The notes below the pieces were generated by a model. That model did not search any database and was not told the DNA's origin. It worked only from the letters and a program-made list of their open reading frames with translations. 64,000 bases of DNA from Euryarchaeota archaeon RBG_13_57_23 (lineage in GTDB: Archaea; Thermoplasmatota; Thermoplasmata; UBA10834). This document shows positions 17,785-27,296 of this stretch, piece after piece. The translations under genes were made by a program, and so were the position numbers. The stretch spans positions 6,731-70,730 of the forward strand of contig MGVW01000035.1 in assembly GCA_001800675.1 (NCBI GenBank). The letters are read 5' to 3'. Each line of letters begins with the position of its first letter. Positions within the stretch are counted from its first letter, which is position 1.

Positions 17785-19065
17785 CTATGCGGAACCGCGC
17801 TTTCGCTTCAGCTCTTCTATGACCTCTTGGGCCCTGTCCATCCTGATCTTCTTCTCTGCGATGATGATCTCTGTGACTTCTTCGACGAGTTCGGGAGGAC
17901 AACCGACGCTCGCGACTATGTTCCGGGCGTGAAGAGCCATGTGACCCTTTTGGATTCCCACGGTCGCCAATGCTCTCAGCGCTGCGAAGTTCTGAGCCAG
18001 GCCCACAGCCGCAGCGACCTCTCCAAGCTCCTGAGCGGTCTTGACCCCCAGCAGCTTGACGCACGCCTTTGCAGTGGGGTGGACCTTGGTCGCACCGCCC
18101 ACTAGTCCAACAGCCATAGGCAACTCGATAGTCCCTGCGAGGTCTCCCTCCGGGGTCTTCTCAAATATGGTCAGAGGTTTGTACATCCCTGACCGGGCCG
18201 CATACGAGTGAGCTCCCGCCTCGATCGCCCTCCAGTCGTTTCCGGTGGCTATCACGACTGAGTCGATGCCGTTCATTATGCCCTTGTTGTGAGTCGCGCA
18301 TCGGTAAGGATCAGCCTCTGCGAACAGATAGGCCCCGATGACTCCATCCACCACGCTTTCCCCGCCGATGGCCTCCTTGGGCCATAGCGCACGCGCGCGC
18401 GCCAGTCTGTTAGAGGCGAGGTTGGACAGAATCCTGAGATTGACCTTCCCTCCGGATATGCTCTCAATGACCGGAGCGACCGCTTCGGCCATCGTATTGA
18501 CTGCGTTGGCTCCCATCGCGTCTCGTACATCAATGTGAAGGTGCACCACCACAATGTGCTCTTTCAGGGTTTGGATCACTCGGACTGCGAGGTCCTTCGC
18601 GCCCCCTCCGAGCTTCACCAGCATCGGGTCCTGTTTGTTGGCGAGATCGATTATCTCGTCCTTGTGCTCCAAGAGCAGATGTTTCACCCTGCTGGGATCC
18701 CTGATGTTCGTGAGTTGTATCTGTCCGATCATGATGGGAGCCGTGCTACTCGTGTGGAATCCCCCGGCGTCTCTGGCCATCTTGGCCGCATTCGACGCAG
18801 CGGCCACGACTGACGGTTCTTCGATTGCCATGGGAACGAGGTAGTCCTTCCCGTTGATCAGGAAGTTCGTCGCGATGCCTAGCGGAAGCTGGAACGACCC
18901 AACGGCGTTCTCGATCATCTTGTCGGGTATGGACGGGTCCATCCCTCCGAAGCCGGCGAGCGCCATCACTTCCTCGTCTGTGAGCGCCGCGAACTCCTTG
19001 ACTATCCTCAGCCTCTCCGCCATGCCCAGTTTGTAGAACCCTTCGATCCTGGAGGTCTTTTCCAT
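17785..19065 (-). CDS. mvaA: HMG-CoA reductase, class II
   Basis: IENAVG, EEPSVVAAAS, DAMGANAVN, HNKGIMNG, GNDWRAIEA, GIQKGHMALH. Confidence 0.93.
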   Translation of the reverse strand: MEKTSRIEGFYKLGMAERLRIVKEFAALTDEEVMALAGFGGMDPSIPDKMIENAVGSFQLPLGIATNFLINGKDYLVPMAIEEPSVVAAASNAAKMARDAGGFHTSSTAPIMIGQIQLTNIRDPSRVKHLLLEHKDEIIDLANKQDPMLVKLGGGAKDLAVRVIQTLKEHIVVVHLHIDVRDAMGANAVNTMAEAVAPVIESISGGKVNLRILSNLASNRLARARALWPKEAIGGESVVDGVIGAYLFAEADPYRCATHNKGIMNGIDSVVIATGNDWRAIEAGAHSYAARSGMYKPLTIFEKTPEGDLAGTIELPMAVGLVGGATKVHPTAKACVKLLGVKTAQELGEVAAAVGLAQNFAALRALATVGIQKGHMALHARNIVASVGCPPELVEEVTEIIIAEKKIRMDRAQEVIEELKRKRGSA

Positions 19066-19214
19066 GTCCACACCGGTCGCGTACGGACAACCCATTCGCG
19101 CTTTCTTAATCCTTTTGGAGGGGGCGTTCGGCATTCACCGTCAGCGTGCGCTGCCAGGCATTGACATCGGCATACGGAAAAGGATATATTCGGACTCGCG
19201 ACTGGAGGAACGAT

Positions 19215-20159
19215 ATGGTGACCTGTTCTGCCCCTGGCAAGATGATACTCTTCGGAGAGCATGCGGTCGTTTTTGGAAAGCCCGCGCTCGCCCTCGCCAT
19301 CAACCTCAGGATAACATCCACGGTCAAGGGCGCGAACCAGTATTCTGTCAACGGCCATCCGATGAAAAAACGTCACCACATGTACATATCCGCGGCACTG
19401 GACGAGGCATGGGGCGGCCCTCCAATCAACATTGACACCAGTTCCGAGATACCTTCAGGTTCGGGGTTGGGCTCCTCCGCTGCTGTCACGGTATCGTGCG
19501 TGGGTGCGATGATGGCGCACAGGGGCGGGCTAGAGCCTGAGAAGATCGCGCTCAAGTCCTTCCTTGTCGAGAACAAGGTTCAGGGACGCGCGAGCCCGAC
19601 GGACACCTCGACCTCCACCCATGGCCAGGGGATAATCGTCTCCCCGGAGAAGGTGGACAACTTCCTTTGGCGGATAGAGAACGGACAGAGATGCTGGAAC
19701 ATCCATCATTGCGAGGTCCCGAGGCTGCATTTCGTCGTGGGCTACACTAGAATCCACGCGTCGACGGGGCCACTCGTCGCCGGGGTCAAGAGACTGGTTG
19801 ACTCGAGCCCGGAAGCAGTCCGCGCGATCGATAGGATTGGAGAGATAGTCCTCGAGGGGGTCGACGCGATGGCCCATTCGGACAAGAAGAGACTGGGGGA
19901 GCTTATGGATGAGAATCACACGTTGCTCAATTCGATCCAGGTAGGTCACCCCGAACTGGACAGGCTCGTCGAGGCCTGCAGGCCGTTCTCGTACGGAGCC
20001 AAGCTCACTGGAGCGGGGGGCGGGGGAAGCATGATTGCCCTGACCGACAATCCCTCCGCGGTCGCGAAGGCCATCAAGGAGACGGGGAGCGAGCCGATCA
20101 TTGTCGACGTAGGGGTCGAAGGCGTCAGGCTCGAGGATGAGGGAACTACGAGGAAATGA
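19215..20159 (+). CDS. mvk: Mevalonate kinase
   Basis: APGKMILFGEHAVV, PSGSGLGSSAA, SPTD, KLTGAGGGG; GGAGG SD. Confidence 0.92.
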   Translation: MVTCSAPGKMILFGEHAVVFGKPALALAINLRITSTVKGANQYSVNGHPMKKRHHMYISAALDEAWGGPPINIDTSSEIPSGSGLGSSAAVTVSCVGAMMAHRGGLEPEKIALKSFLVENKVQGRASPTDTSTSTHGQGIIVSPEKVDNFLWRIENGQRCWNIHHCEVPRLHFVVGYTRIHASTGPLVAGVKRLVDSSPEAVRAIDRIGEIVLEGVDAMAHSDKKRLGELMDENHTLLNSIQVGHPELDRLVEACRPFSYGAKLTGAGGGGSMIALTDNPSAVAKAIKETGSEPIIVDVGVEGVRLEDEGTTRK

Positions 20160-20196
20160 TAAATCGCTGGAAATGATTGACCCGGATGGTGTGTAA

Positions 20197-20394
20197 TTGG
20201 TCGAGAAGGTCGCACAGCACAGACACTGTCAGAACTGCGATAAGGCGATTCCGTACAAGGATGAGTTCTGCGACGAGAAGTGCGAGAGCGAATACGAGGT
20301 GAATGTCAAGTCCAAGAAGAAGCAGCTGACCTACTTCTATGTGGTGATGGTGGTCATCTTCGTGTTGGCCATGGCCATGCTGTTCCTGGGGTGA
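20197..20394 (+). CDS. Small Zn-ribbon membrane protein (DUF2116-like)
   Basis: HRHCQNCDKAIP..FCDEKC followed by a C-terminal TM helix. Confidence 0.8.
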   Translation: MVEKVAQHRHCQNCDKAIPYKDEFCDEKCESEYEVNVKSKKKQLTYFYVVMVVIFVLAMAMLFLG

Positions 20395-20399
20395 ATGGG

Positions 20400-21413
20400 A
20401 TGCGGGTCGGTGTCGGCGGCACATTCAACGTGATTCACAAGGGCCACGAACTGCTTTTCGAGACCGCCTTCACGGTGGGCGACACGGTCGAGGTGGGCCT
20501 GACATCGGATGAGTTCGCGAGTTCGCAGAAGGGCGTCCCGGTCACACCTTACTTCATCCGAAAGGAGAATCTTGCCAAGTTCCTCCAAAGGTACGGCAAG
20601 CCGTTCGAGATCGTGATGATAACGGATACGAATGGGACGGCCGCGACCTCGAAGATACTGGATGCCATCGTGGTCTCTCCTGAGACGAGATCGAATGCAG
20701 ACAGGATCAATGATCTCCGTAAGAACAGCGGACTGAAAGCCCTCCAGGTGTTCGTGATTCGGGACGTCCGGGCAGACGACGCGCGAAGGATAAGCGCGTC
20801 CAGGGTTGTGCGGGGAGAGATCGACAAGGACGGGCGCCTGCTGAGGCCGATTAGGGTGGCTGTGGGAACGTCAAACAGGGTCAAGGTCGACGCTGTGACT
20901 AGAGTCTTCACCCAGGTTTTCGGGCTCGTGGAGGTGGAACAGGTCGAGCAGAAGCACTCGGTCGGCAGGCAGCCGATGGAGGAGGACACGATAACGGGCG
21001 CCATCGAGCGCGCGAGAAACGCTGTGGCTGCGAACAAGGCGGACTTTGGGGTCGGGATTGAGGCCGGTCTGTTCTTCAACAAGGTCCTGGAGAAACATCT
21101 CGATCTCCAGTACTGCGCAATCGTGGATTCCTCAGGCAGGATGACCGTTGGCCACGGCCCAGGTTTCGAATATCCACCAGAGGTCATCAGGTCAGTGCTT
21201 CAGGGAAAGACCGTAGGAGACACGATGAGCATGATAACCGAGATCGAGGAGATCGGTCACAAGATGGGTTCGATCGGCTACCTGTCAGACGGACTGATAG
21301 ACCGGACCTCACTGTCCGAGATATCGGTACTGATGGCTCTGATACCGAGAATAAGGAGTGAGTTGTACGAGGAGGACTCTCAGGCTTCTTCCTCAGCGAA
21401 GGCTTCCAAATAG
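20400..21413 (+). CDS. coaD: Bifunctional phosphopantetheine adenylyltransferase / inosine-xanthosine triphosphatase (YjjX-like)
   Basis: N-domain GGTFNVIHKGH, GLTSD, VVSPET, ISASR; C-domain GTSNRVK, QPM, GAIERA, GVGIEAG. Confidence 0.88.
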   Translation: MRVGVGGTFNVIHKGHELLFETAFTVGDTVEVGLTSDEFASSQKGVPVTPYFIRKENLAKFLQRYGKPFEIVMITDTNGTAATSKILDAIVVSPETRSNADRINDLRKNSGLKALQVFVIRDVRADDARRISASRVVRGEIDKDGRLLRPIRVAVGTSNRVKVDAVTRVFTQVFGLVEVEQVEQKHSVGRQPMEEDTITGAIERARNAVAANKADFGVGIEAGLFFNKVLEKHLDLQYCAIVDSSGRMTVGHGPGFEYPPEVIRSVLQGKTVGDTMSMITEIEEIGHKMGSIGYLSDGLIDRTSLSEISVLMALIPRIRSELYEEDSQASSSAKASK

Positions 21414-21604
21414 TCAACTAGTGTCTCGCAGCTCTCTTTGCCCACGCATCCGAATCTGCCGTACTTCTTGCAGTAATCCCCGGTCAGTTCGTGGTGTTCG
21501 CACTTGAGTGCGTCCTGATAATGAGCGCACTGTTTCTTGATACACGCAAAACCCGAGTACGTTCCAGAGCACAGTCCATCCTTGGTGAGGTTCTTGCACT
21601 TCAC
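21380..21604 (-). CDS. Small 8-Cys protein A
   Basis: 74 aa, GTG start; shares a motif with the upstream ORF. Confidence 0.7.
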   Translation of the reverse strand: MKCKNLTKDGLCSGTYSGFACIKKQCAHYQDALKCEHHELTGDYCKKYGRFGCVGKESCETLVDYLEAFAEEEA

Positions 21605-21608
21605 AGTA

Positions 21609-21899
21609 TCACAGCTCCTCCTTGGGTCTCATGAGCCGCTCCTGATGGATCACGAGCTGCTTTCTGTATGATTCCGGGGTAACGCAGTGCTCTCGCCCAG
21701 GACAGAAGAACCTCTGATATTTCTCGCAGTACAAGCCGAGCCATTTCTCGTGCCCGCACCCGTCCGATTCGCTACCTGGCTTCTTGAGAACGAGTATGTT
21801 CAAGCCAGAGAACTCGCACTTGTCGGCACCGATGCACTCCAGGCTGTCGACATGTTTGTTGGCGCATGCTCCGCTAAGATAGCTATACCTGCAGCTCAT
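21609..21899 (-). CDS. Small 8-Cys protein B
   Basis: 96 aa; C-terminal Cys module has 15/31 identities to protein A. Confidence 0.7.
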   Translation of the reverse strand: MSCRYSYLSGACANKHVDSLECIGADKCEFSGLNILVLKKPGSESDGCGHEKWLGLYCEKYQRFFCPGREHCVTPESYRKQLVIHQERLMRPKEEL

Positions 21900-22076
21900 C
21901 CCATCCCGTGCTCTTGCGAGCGTACTGTCATGCGCGTGCGCGCAAATAAACGTATCCGGAATGTCGCTTTTTGTGATCGTTGAGTATGGAGGCTTTTTTT
22001 GACGACAAGTTTTCCTTGACGCATCAACATCATAAAGGTCTAGAAGGCCACTAGGGACTCCGACCAGAGGGAGCGC

Positions 22077-23033
22077 GTGGAAGTCAGGAGTACCTACATT
22101 TCGGTCGTGCTGATTTCTGCCCTCGTAGTTGCTTTTGAATCCGTGGCTGTAGAGGGCGCGCTGAACATCGCAGATCTCGATGTGTTCATTGTGACTGCAA
22201 TCCCTTCCATTGTGGGCGGTTTGATACTGATGTCGGCGAGGCCGTCAGGCACTGCCTCGTTCGTCAGAGGATTGGATGGAAAGGGATGGTTCTGGATGAC
22301 TGTCCTGTGCCTGTTCGTCGCGGTGGGAATCCTCTTGTGGTTTGATGCTGTGGGACGCATCGGGGCTGGGAAGGAAGCGCTCCTGGGAGGGGGATCGTCC
22401 GAGGTGCTGTTCGTAGTCCTGCTGAGCGCGATATTCCTCTCCGAGAGGCTCAGCAAGCTTGAGGCGGTCGGCGGCCTGATGGTAGTAGTCGGGGTCTTCT
22501 TGGTGTTGTTGAACACGGATGACATGTCCCTCGGCTTCGGATTCGGGGAATTGGAGGTCTTGGTCAGTTCCTTCTCTTTTGGATGCTCGATCGTGCTGAC
22601 CGCTGCATTGCTGAAGGAGCACGACCTGATTCCGCTGTCCGGGGTAGAACTCTTCTTGTCTGGGGTCATCGTGCTCTCGTTCGGTGTCGTTTTCGGGCTC
22701 ATCACTTGGCCCGGGACGAACGGCCTGCTCCTGATGGTGCTTCTGGGGCTGTTTCCATCGGTCGGTTTGCTGACGTACAACGCCGGGCTGCCGAAGATAG
22801 GAGCTCCCCTGACTTCGGTGCTGTTTGCCCTGACTGGCATTTTGACCGTATGCGCTCAGGTCCTTGTCCTGCAGTTCTTCCCGGATGCCGATTTCTTGCC
22901 TCCAGAGAACTTGGCCCTCGCGGTCACGGGGGGCGCAGTCGCGTTCCTCGGTGTGTATCTCCTGAATATCAGACCCACGGCCAAGACGCCATCGATCGAG
23001 ACGACGAAGAAGAGCGCTGAGGGGGAGATTTGA
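22077..23033 (+). CDS. DMT/EamA family transporter
   Basis: About 10 TM helices in two repeats; IFLSERLS motif. Confidence 0.85.
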   Translation: MEVRSTYISVVLISALVVAFESVAVEGALNIADLDVFIVTAIPSIVGGLILMSARPSGTASFVRGLDGKGWFWMTVLCLFVAVGILLWFDAVGRIGAGKEALLGGGSSEVLFVVLLSAIFLSERLSKLEAVGGLMVVVGVFLVLLNTDDMSLGFGFGELEVLVSSFSFGCSIVLTAALLKEHDLIPLSGVELFLSGVIVLSFGVVFGLITWPGTNGLLLMVLLGLFPSVGLLTYNAGLPKIGAPLTSVLFALTGILTVCAQVLVLQFFPDADFLPPENLALAVTGGAVAFLGVYLLNIRPTAKTPSIETTKKSAEGEI

Positions 23034-23101
23034 ACTCCCGAGGTACGGAGTACCACCAACTCTCAAGGCTGGCGCCGTGAACCGGGCTTAGCTACCTCAG
23101 C
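23015..23101 (-). tRNA. tRNA-Ser(TGA)
   Basis: Acceptor GCTGAGG/CCTCAGC, anticodon arm CCAGC-CTTGAGA-GTTGG, long variable arm GGTAC-TCC-GTACC, TTCAAAT, discriminator G. Confidence 0.95.
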
Positions 23102-23155
23102 AGATGGTGAACAAGATATCCGCTGATATCAGGGTTTCGGAGAACTCAGAGGTGC

Positions 23156-24823
23156 TTATGATGAAAGCGGGCTCTCGGCACGCATGGCGCGCAGTCTGTC
23201 AAGGTCCAGTTCGAACGCCACCATTGGGTATTTGAGCTCGAACGATTCTATCACGAAGGGCGATATCTCTCCCATGATACCGACTTGCCGTCCCTTGATC
23301 TCGACAGCCGCACACCTTCCACCGATGAAGCTGGGATTGGAGTGCTGGACGATGTCGAAATCGAGCCCGAGCCCTGACACCACAGACTGAACCAGCGACT
23401 TGATCTCCGTGAAACTCGCTTTTGCGTGGATGGCCACGCCCGACAACAACACACGGTTCTTGCCGTTCAGGACCACGTCGCCGACCTCGAATATCCGCTG
23501 AGGCAGCTCTCTGTGCTTGTTCCTCCTGAGAACCGTCATCAGGCTCGGGAGCAGTGAGGTCCTGACAAGCGTGTGTTCCATGCTGACGGGGTTGCGGACC
23601 CGCGTGGCGTTCTTCTCATCAGGGAGATTCATGGAGACGAACTGGTCCTTCGGATTCGACAAAGAGAGAGTGACGACCTCGAAGTAGCCTAAGCCGACCA
23701 TGATGGTCTTCACGGAGCTTCCGAATTCAAGGACCGGATCCTGGACCCCGAAGGTGGCCCTGAGCGGAAGAGAGGCGCCGAATCTCTCGAACCCGAACCC
23801 GATCGCCACGTCCTCTGCGAGGTCGACGGGATGCAGGATGTCCGTCCTGTATCTCGGGACTAGGACATCCAGTCCCGTGGTCCCCGAGCTAGCGCCATAC
23901 CCCATGCGTTTGAGGCAGTCCGCCATCTCGTCAGGGGTTAGTCTCGTCCCGATCCACTTGTTCGCGTAGGCGGCATCAAGGGACATCGTCTGAGGGCTCA
24001 GGTCTGGTGCAAGGGATTTCTGTCCGTCTTGCGTGATTCTGACCGTCTTTATCTTGCCCCCCCGCTCGGCCAGGGCCGTGGTAAGTATGTTGACCGCACC
24101 CTTCACCGCGTTCAGGTCAGTGCCTGTGCAGTCGACGAAGATGTCCGTGGTCTCTTCAGTTATCGCGGTCGTGATGCCGTTGATGATCGGAGGGAAAGAC
24201 AGGACCTCACCCTCTCTGTCGACGATTATCGGGTACCGTTTCTTGCCGTCGAGGACGAACGCGTATGCCATGCCCTTCTCGTGCTCCTTCAGGATCTCCG
24301 CTGGAGTCATCCTCCTGGAACCCTGCAAGGGAACGAATGACAGCTCGTCCGGGAGGACGGCTTTGTACGTGAACGGTGGTTTCACGGTCCTGAAGTCGTG
24401 AATCCCAATCGCCACCTTCTTCCTGTTCCTGCCATGAGTGAGATGAAGCTTCTCCTGAAGGTCCATCATCGAGCGGATGAGAGGATCGGTGATCAAGTTC
24501 CCCTCGACCAGGGCGGACCATATGTACGGCCTGACCTCGTTCACGGACGGGTCGACATTCAGGTCGACATCCGAATCGTCCACCTTATATGTCCGAAGCC
24601 CGGGCTCGTATCCGAAGAACGCTCGCACCGCCCTCGAGATCCCCTCGACTGAGAACAGATCTGGTCTGTCGGGGAAGAACTCGAAAGAGAGTTCGTCCCC
24701 GTCTTCCGGTACGGATTTCAGATCCGCGCCTATCAGAGGGAGCTTCTCGCGGAGGAGGTCTCGAGGCACTTCCCTGCCCACGAGCTCGCATAGATCCGAG
24801 TAGCTGAAATTGATGACTGGCAT
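23156..24823 (-). CDS. pheT: Phenylalanyl-tRNA synthetase beta subunit (archaeal type)
   Basis: MPVI start, PDRPDLFSVEG, LQEKLH, SFPPIING, YRTDILHPVDLAEDVAI, RTSLLPSL. Confidence 0.95.
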   Translation of the reverse strand: MPVINFSYSDLCELVGREVPRDLLREKLPLIGADLKSVPEDGDELSFEFFPDRPDLFSVEGISRAVRAFFGYEPGLRTYKVDDSDVDLNVDPSVNEVRPYIWSALVEGNLITDPLIRSMMDLQEKLHLTHGRNRKKVAIGIHDFRTVKPPFTYKAVLPDELSFVPLQGSRRMTPAEILKEHEKGMAYAFVLDGKKRYPIIVDREGEVLSFPPIINGITTAITEETTDIFVDCTGTDLNAVKGAVNILTTALAERGGKIKTVRITQDGQKSLAPDLSPQTMSLDAAYANKWIGTRLTPDEMADCLKRMGYGASSGTTGLDVLVPRYRTDILHPVDLAEDVAIGFGFERFGASLPLRATFGVQDPVLEFGSSVKTIMVGLGYFEVVTLSLSNPKDQFVSMNLPDEKNATRVRNPVSMEHTLVRTSLLPSLMTVLRRNKHRELPQRIFEVGDVVLNGKNRVLLSGVAIHAKASFTEIKSLVQSVVSGLGLDFDIVQHSNPSFIGGRCAAVEIKGRQVGIMGEISPFVIESFELKYPMVAFELDLDRLRAMRAESPLSS

Positions 24824-24881
24824 CGTCCTTTGTTCCGTCGAATGGAATCGGTTGCGTCTATAATAAAGTTGGCCGACTCGA

Positions 24882-26192
24882 TTAGTGTTCACCGTGGTCA
24901 GGTCTGACCGGCTCCACGGACGCTTTGCTCGTTGTCGGCTGAGGTTTGCGTGTCTCAGCGACATACACCGCGATGATCCCAGTAGCAATCGCGAGCATGG
25001 CAGTGCATAGTATGATGGGCGCCTCAGGGCTGATGGCTTCGTAGAGGAATCCGAGCATGACGAATCCGACTATGTTTCCTGTCCCCTGAAACATGTGATA
25101 CGCTCCCACGACCCTGCCTCGTTCCTCCTCAAGCATTATGTCCGCAAGCATCGCCCCGACTGCAGGGTTTGATATGGAGCCTCCTATGTCGGAAATCACC
25201 ACAATGAGTACAACCTGCCAGAAATCCGTCACGACAAGGTTGAGGGACAAGCCGAACGCCATGATTATTCCGCCGATGATCATGTTGGGCCGTCGCCCGA
25301 TTTTATCCGCAATCGCGCCGGCCGGGATGGTGCCGAGCATCATGGCGAGCATGCCCACGGAGAGTGCAATGCCGATTTGCGCTGTATCGAGTCCGAGCTC
25401 GTCATCCCAGTAGAGCAGCAGCCCTAGGTTCCACAGACCCTGGACGACGCCCATGACGGTCCCTCTCACGGTCACGGCGTAGAGTGACCTGTTGTGGGAC
25501 GCGTTTCTCTTCCATGATTGGAACATGGAGAACATGCTTGGCTTCTTCTCCGAAAGGACAATCTTCGGCGCACGAATCTGAAGTGTCAAGAGCGCGCAAA
25601 CGAAGGCGAGTATTGCTGCGAAGTAGAACGGGGAATTGAGGCCGAACTCGGAAGCGAGTATGCCCCCTAGGCCTGGACCGCCCATTGCCCCTAGGAGTTC
25701 GGCCGTGCCTTCCGCGCCCATCGCGACCCCTCGTTTGCTCTCCGGGACTATGTCAGCTGTGAGGGCAAAGGCGGCGGGTGTCGCGAGCGCCGCACCTAGT
25801 CCTTCGAGGAATCTGAGCACTGCGAATTGATAGGCATCGGTGATGAACGCCATCAGAAGCGTCGTCAGGGAGAATATCAGCACGCCCGCGACGATCATCT
25901 GCTTTCTGCCGATCTTGTCCGCCCAGTATCCTGCGGGGATCATGAAAATGACCATGGACACGGCGAACAGCGCGTACGCCAAACCCATGAACGACGCGGA
26001 CATATGCAGCCTGTCCTCGGCAAGCCTCGGCATTATTGGCCCTAGGATCCCGAACCCGAGACCTATCACTGCCAGAGATAGCAACAAGATCGTGAAGTCG
26101 CGAGAGATGCGAAGAGGGTTGATCCGGTCTCCCTTTCCCTTCTGGACTTCTGGAGCGGACATGGACTTCCCGGCAGTATCAGCGGCGGTCAT
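24882..26192 (-). CDS. MFS transporter
   Basis: Motif A twice (GYWADKIGRK, GAIADKIGRR); about 12 TM helices. Confidence 0.9.
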   Translation of the reverse strand: MTAADTAGKSMSAPEVQKGKGDRINPLRISRDFTILLLSLAVIGLGFGILGPIMPRLAEDRLHMSASFMGLAYALFAVSMVIFMIPAGYWADKIGRKQMIVAGVLIFSLTTLLMAFITDAYQFAVLRFLEGLGAALATPAAFALTADIVPESKRGVAMGAEGTAELLGAMGGPGLGGILASEFGLNSPFYFAAILAFVCALLTLQIRAPKIVLSEKKPSMFSMFQSWKRNASHNRSLYAVTVRGTVMGVVQGLWNLGLLLYWDDELGLDTAQIGIALSVGMLAMMLGTIPAGAIADKIGRRPNMIIGGIIMAFGLSLNLVVTDFWQVVLIVVISDIGGSISNPAVGAMLADIMLEEERGRVVGAYHMFQGTGNIVGFVMLGFLYEAISPEAPIILCTAMLAIATGIIAVYVAETRKPQPTTSKASVEPVRPDHGEH

Positions 26193-26336
26193 TGTGGTTC
26201 TCCTAGATGGTCATTATTGACTAACTCATGGCCACTTTGCAGCCCCCGAGTACAGGAGGCAAAAATATAAGCCTAACCATGGGGAATCCAGAAGACAAGC
26301 GGTACCACGGTCTCTTCCAGCGCATGGTGGCGAAAG

Positions 26337-27296
26337 ATGATCAAAGAGAAAGTCAAAACCGGAATCCCGGGACTTGACCAGATGCTGGACGGCGGGCTAC
26401 TCCAAGGACGCACATACGTCATCTCGGGGACTTCTGGATCTGGCAAAACTACACTGGCGATGCAGTTCCTTCTCGAGGGCGCCAGGAACGGGGAGAGAGT
26501 ACTCTACATGGCAATCGACGAGCCCCCGAACGAAGTCAAGAGCAACATGAAATCGTTCGATTGGGACATCTCCAGGGTACAGGTTTTCGATGCGACGCCC
26601 GATGTAATGAGCTATGATAAGACACCTGTCAGGGATGTGTCGACTGAGCGAAAGGTCGTCTACTTCCAGAGCATCGGCGAGAACATCAGGAAGACCTCCG
26701 AGAGAAGCCCTGTCGACATGACCGTCAACACAATCCAAGAGCTCCTGAAACAGGAGATGAAGGTCGCGAGGTATACGAGAATCGCAGTGGATTCCCTCAC
26801 ATCGATGAGGTACTTCTACATCAAGACGAGCGAGGAGAACGCGACCTTGATGAGCTTCCTCCGACTGCTCTCCGACATAGGAGTGACATGCCTGGTCACT
26901 ATACAGCTTCCAGAGATATCCAAACCGGACGTTGAAGCGCACGTCGCTAGGGGAGAGATCAGACTGCACAAGTGGTTCGATGGCCGCGGGTTAATGCGCG
27001 GGGTGACCATAGAGAAGTACAGGGGTTCGGCTCACGACAATGAGTTGAGACAGCTGCGGATAGGCCCGCAGGGGATAGTCGTCAAGGCACCGTCACTTGA
27101 GAAACCTGACGGGCAGCCAGCAATCGACGCGGGGCCCGCTGTCGCCGAATCTGCAGCGCCAAGCGAACCTCCTCCGCCTCCGGACGAAGAGCTTCTCCCT
27201 GCCCCGCCAGCTCCTCCGCAACCTTCAAGTCCTCCGGATTCAGGCGGCAGTCTTCAAGAGCCGCCCAAACCTAGCGATGGGGGTGAGGGCACGTGA
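26337..27296 (+). CDS. KaiC/RAD55-like RecA-family ATPase with Pro-rich tail
   Basis: TGIPGLDQML, Walker A GTSGSGKT, Walker B RIAVDS, EKYRGS. Confidence 0.9.
   Translation: MIKEKVKTGIPGLDQMLDGGLLQGRTYVISGTSGSGKTTLAMQFLLEGARNGERVLYMAIDEPPNEVKSNMKSFDWDISRVQVFDATPDVMSYDKTPVRDVSTERKVVYFQSIGENIRKTSERSPVDMTVNTIQELLKQEMKVARYTRIAVDSLTSMRYFYIKTSEENATLMSFLRLLSDIGVTCLVTIQLPEISKPDVEAHVARGEIRLHKWFDGRGLMRGVTIEKYRGSAHDNELRQLRIGPQGIVVKAPSLEKPDGQPAIDAGPAVAESAAPSEPPPPPDEELLPAPPAPPQPSSPPDSGGSLQEPPKPSDGGEGT

Noticed and set aside
17785..19065. Bacterial-type class II HMG-CoA reductase as recent transfer
   Set aside because: Class II enzymes are already known in Thermoplasmatales and Archaeoglobus; no compositional break seen.
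20400..21413. CoaD-YjjX fusion as a novelty
   Set aside because: This bifunctional architecture is already known from Thermoplasmata.
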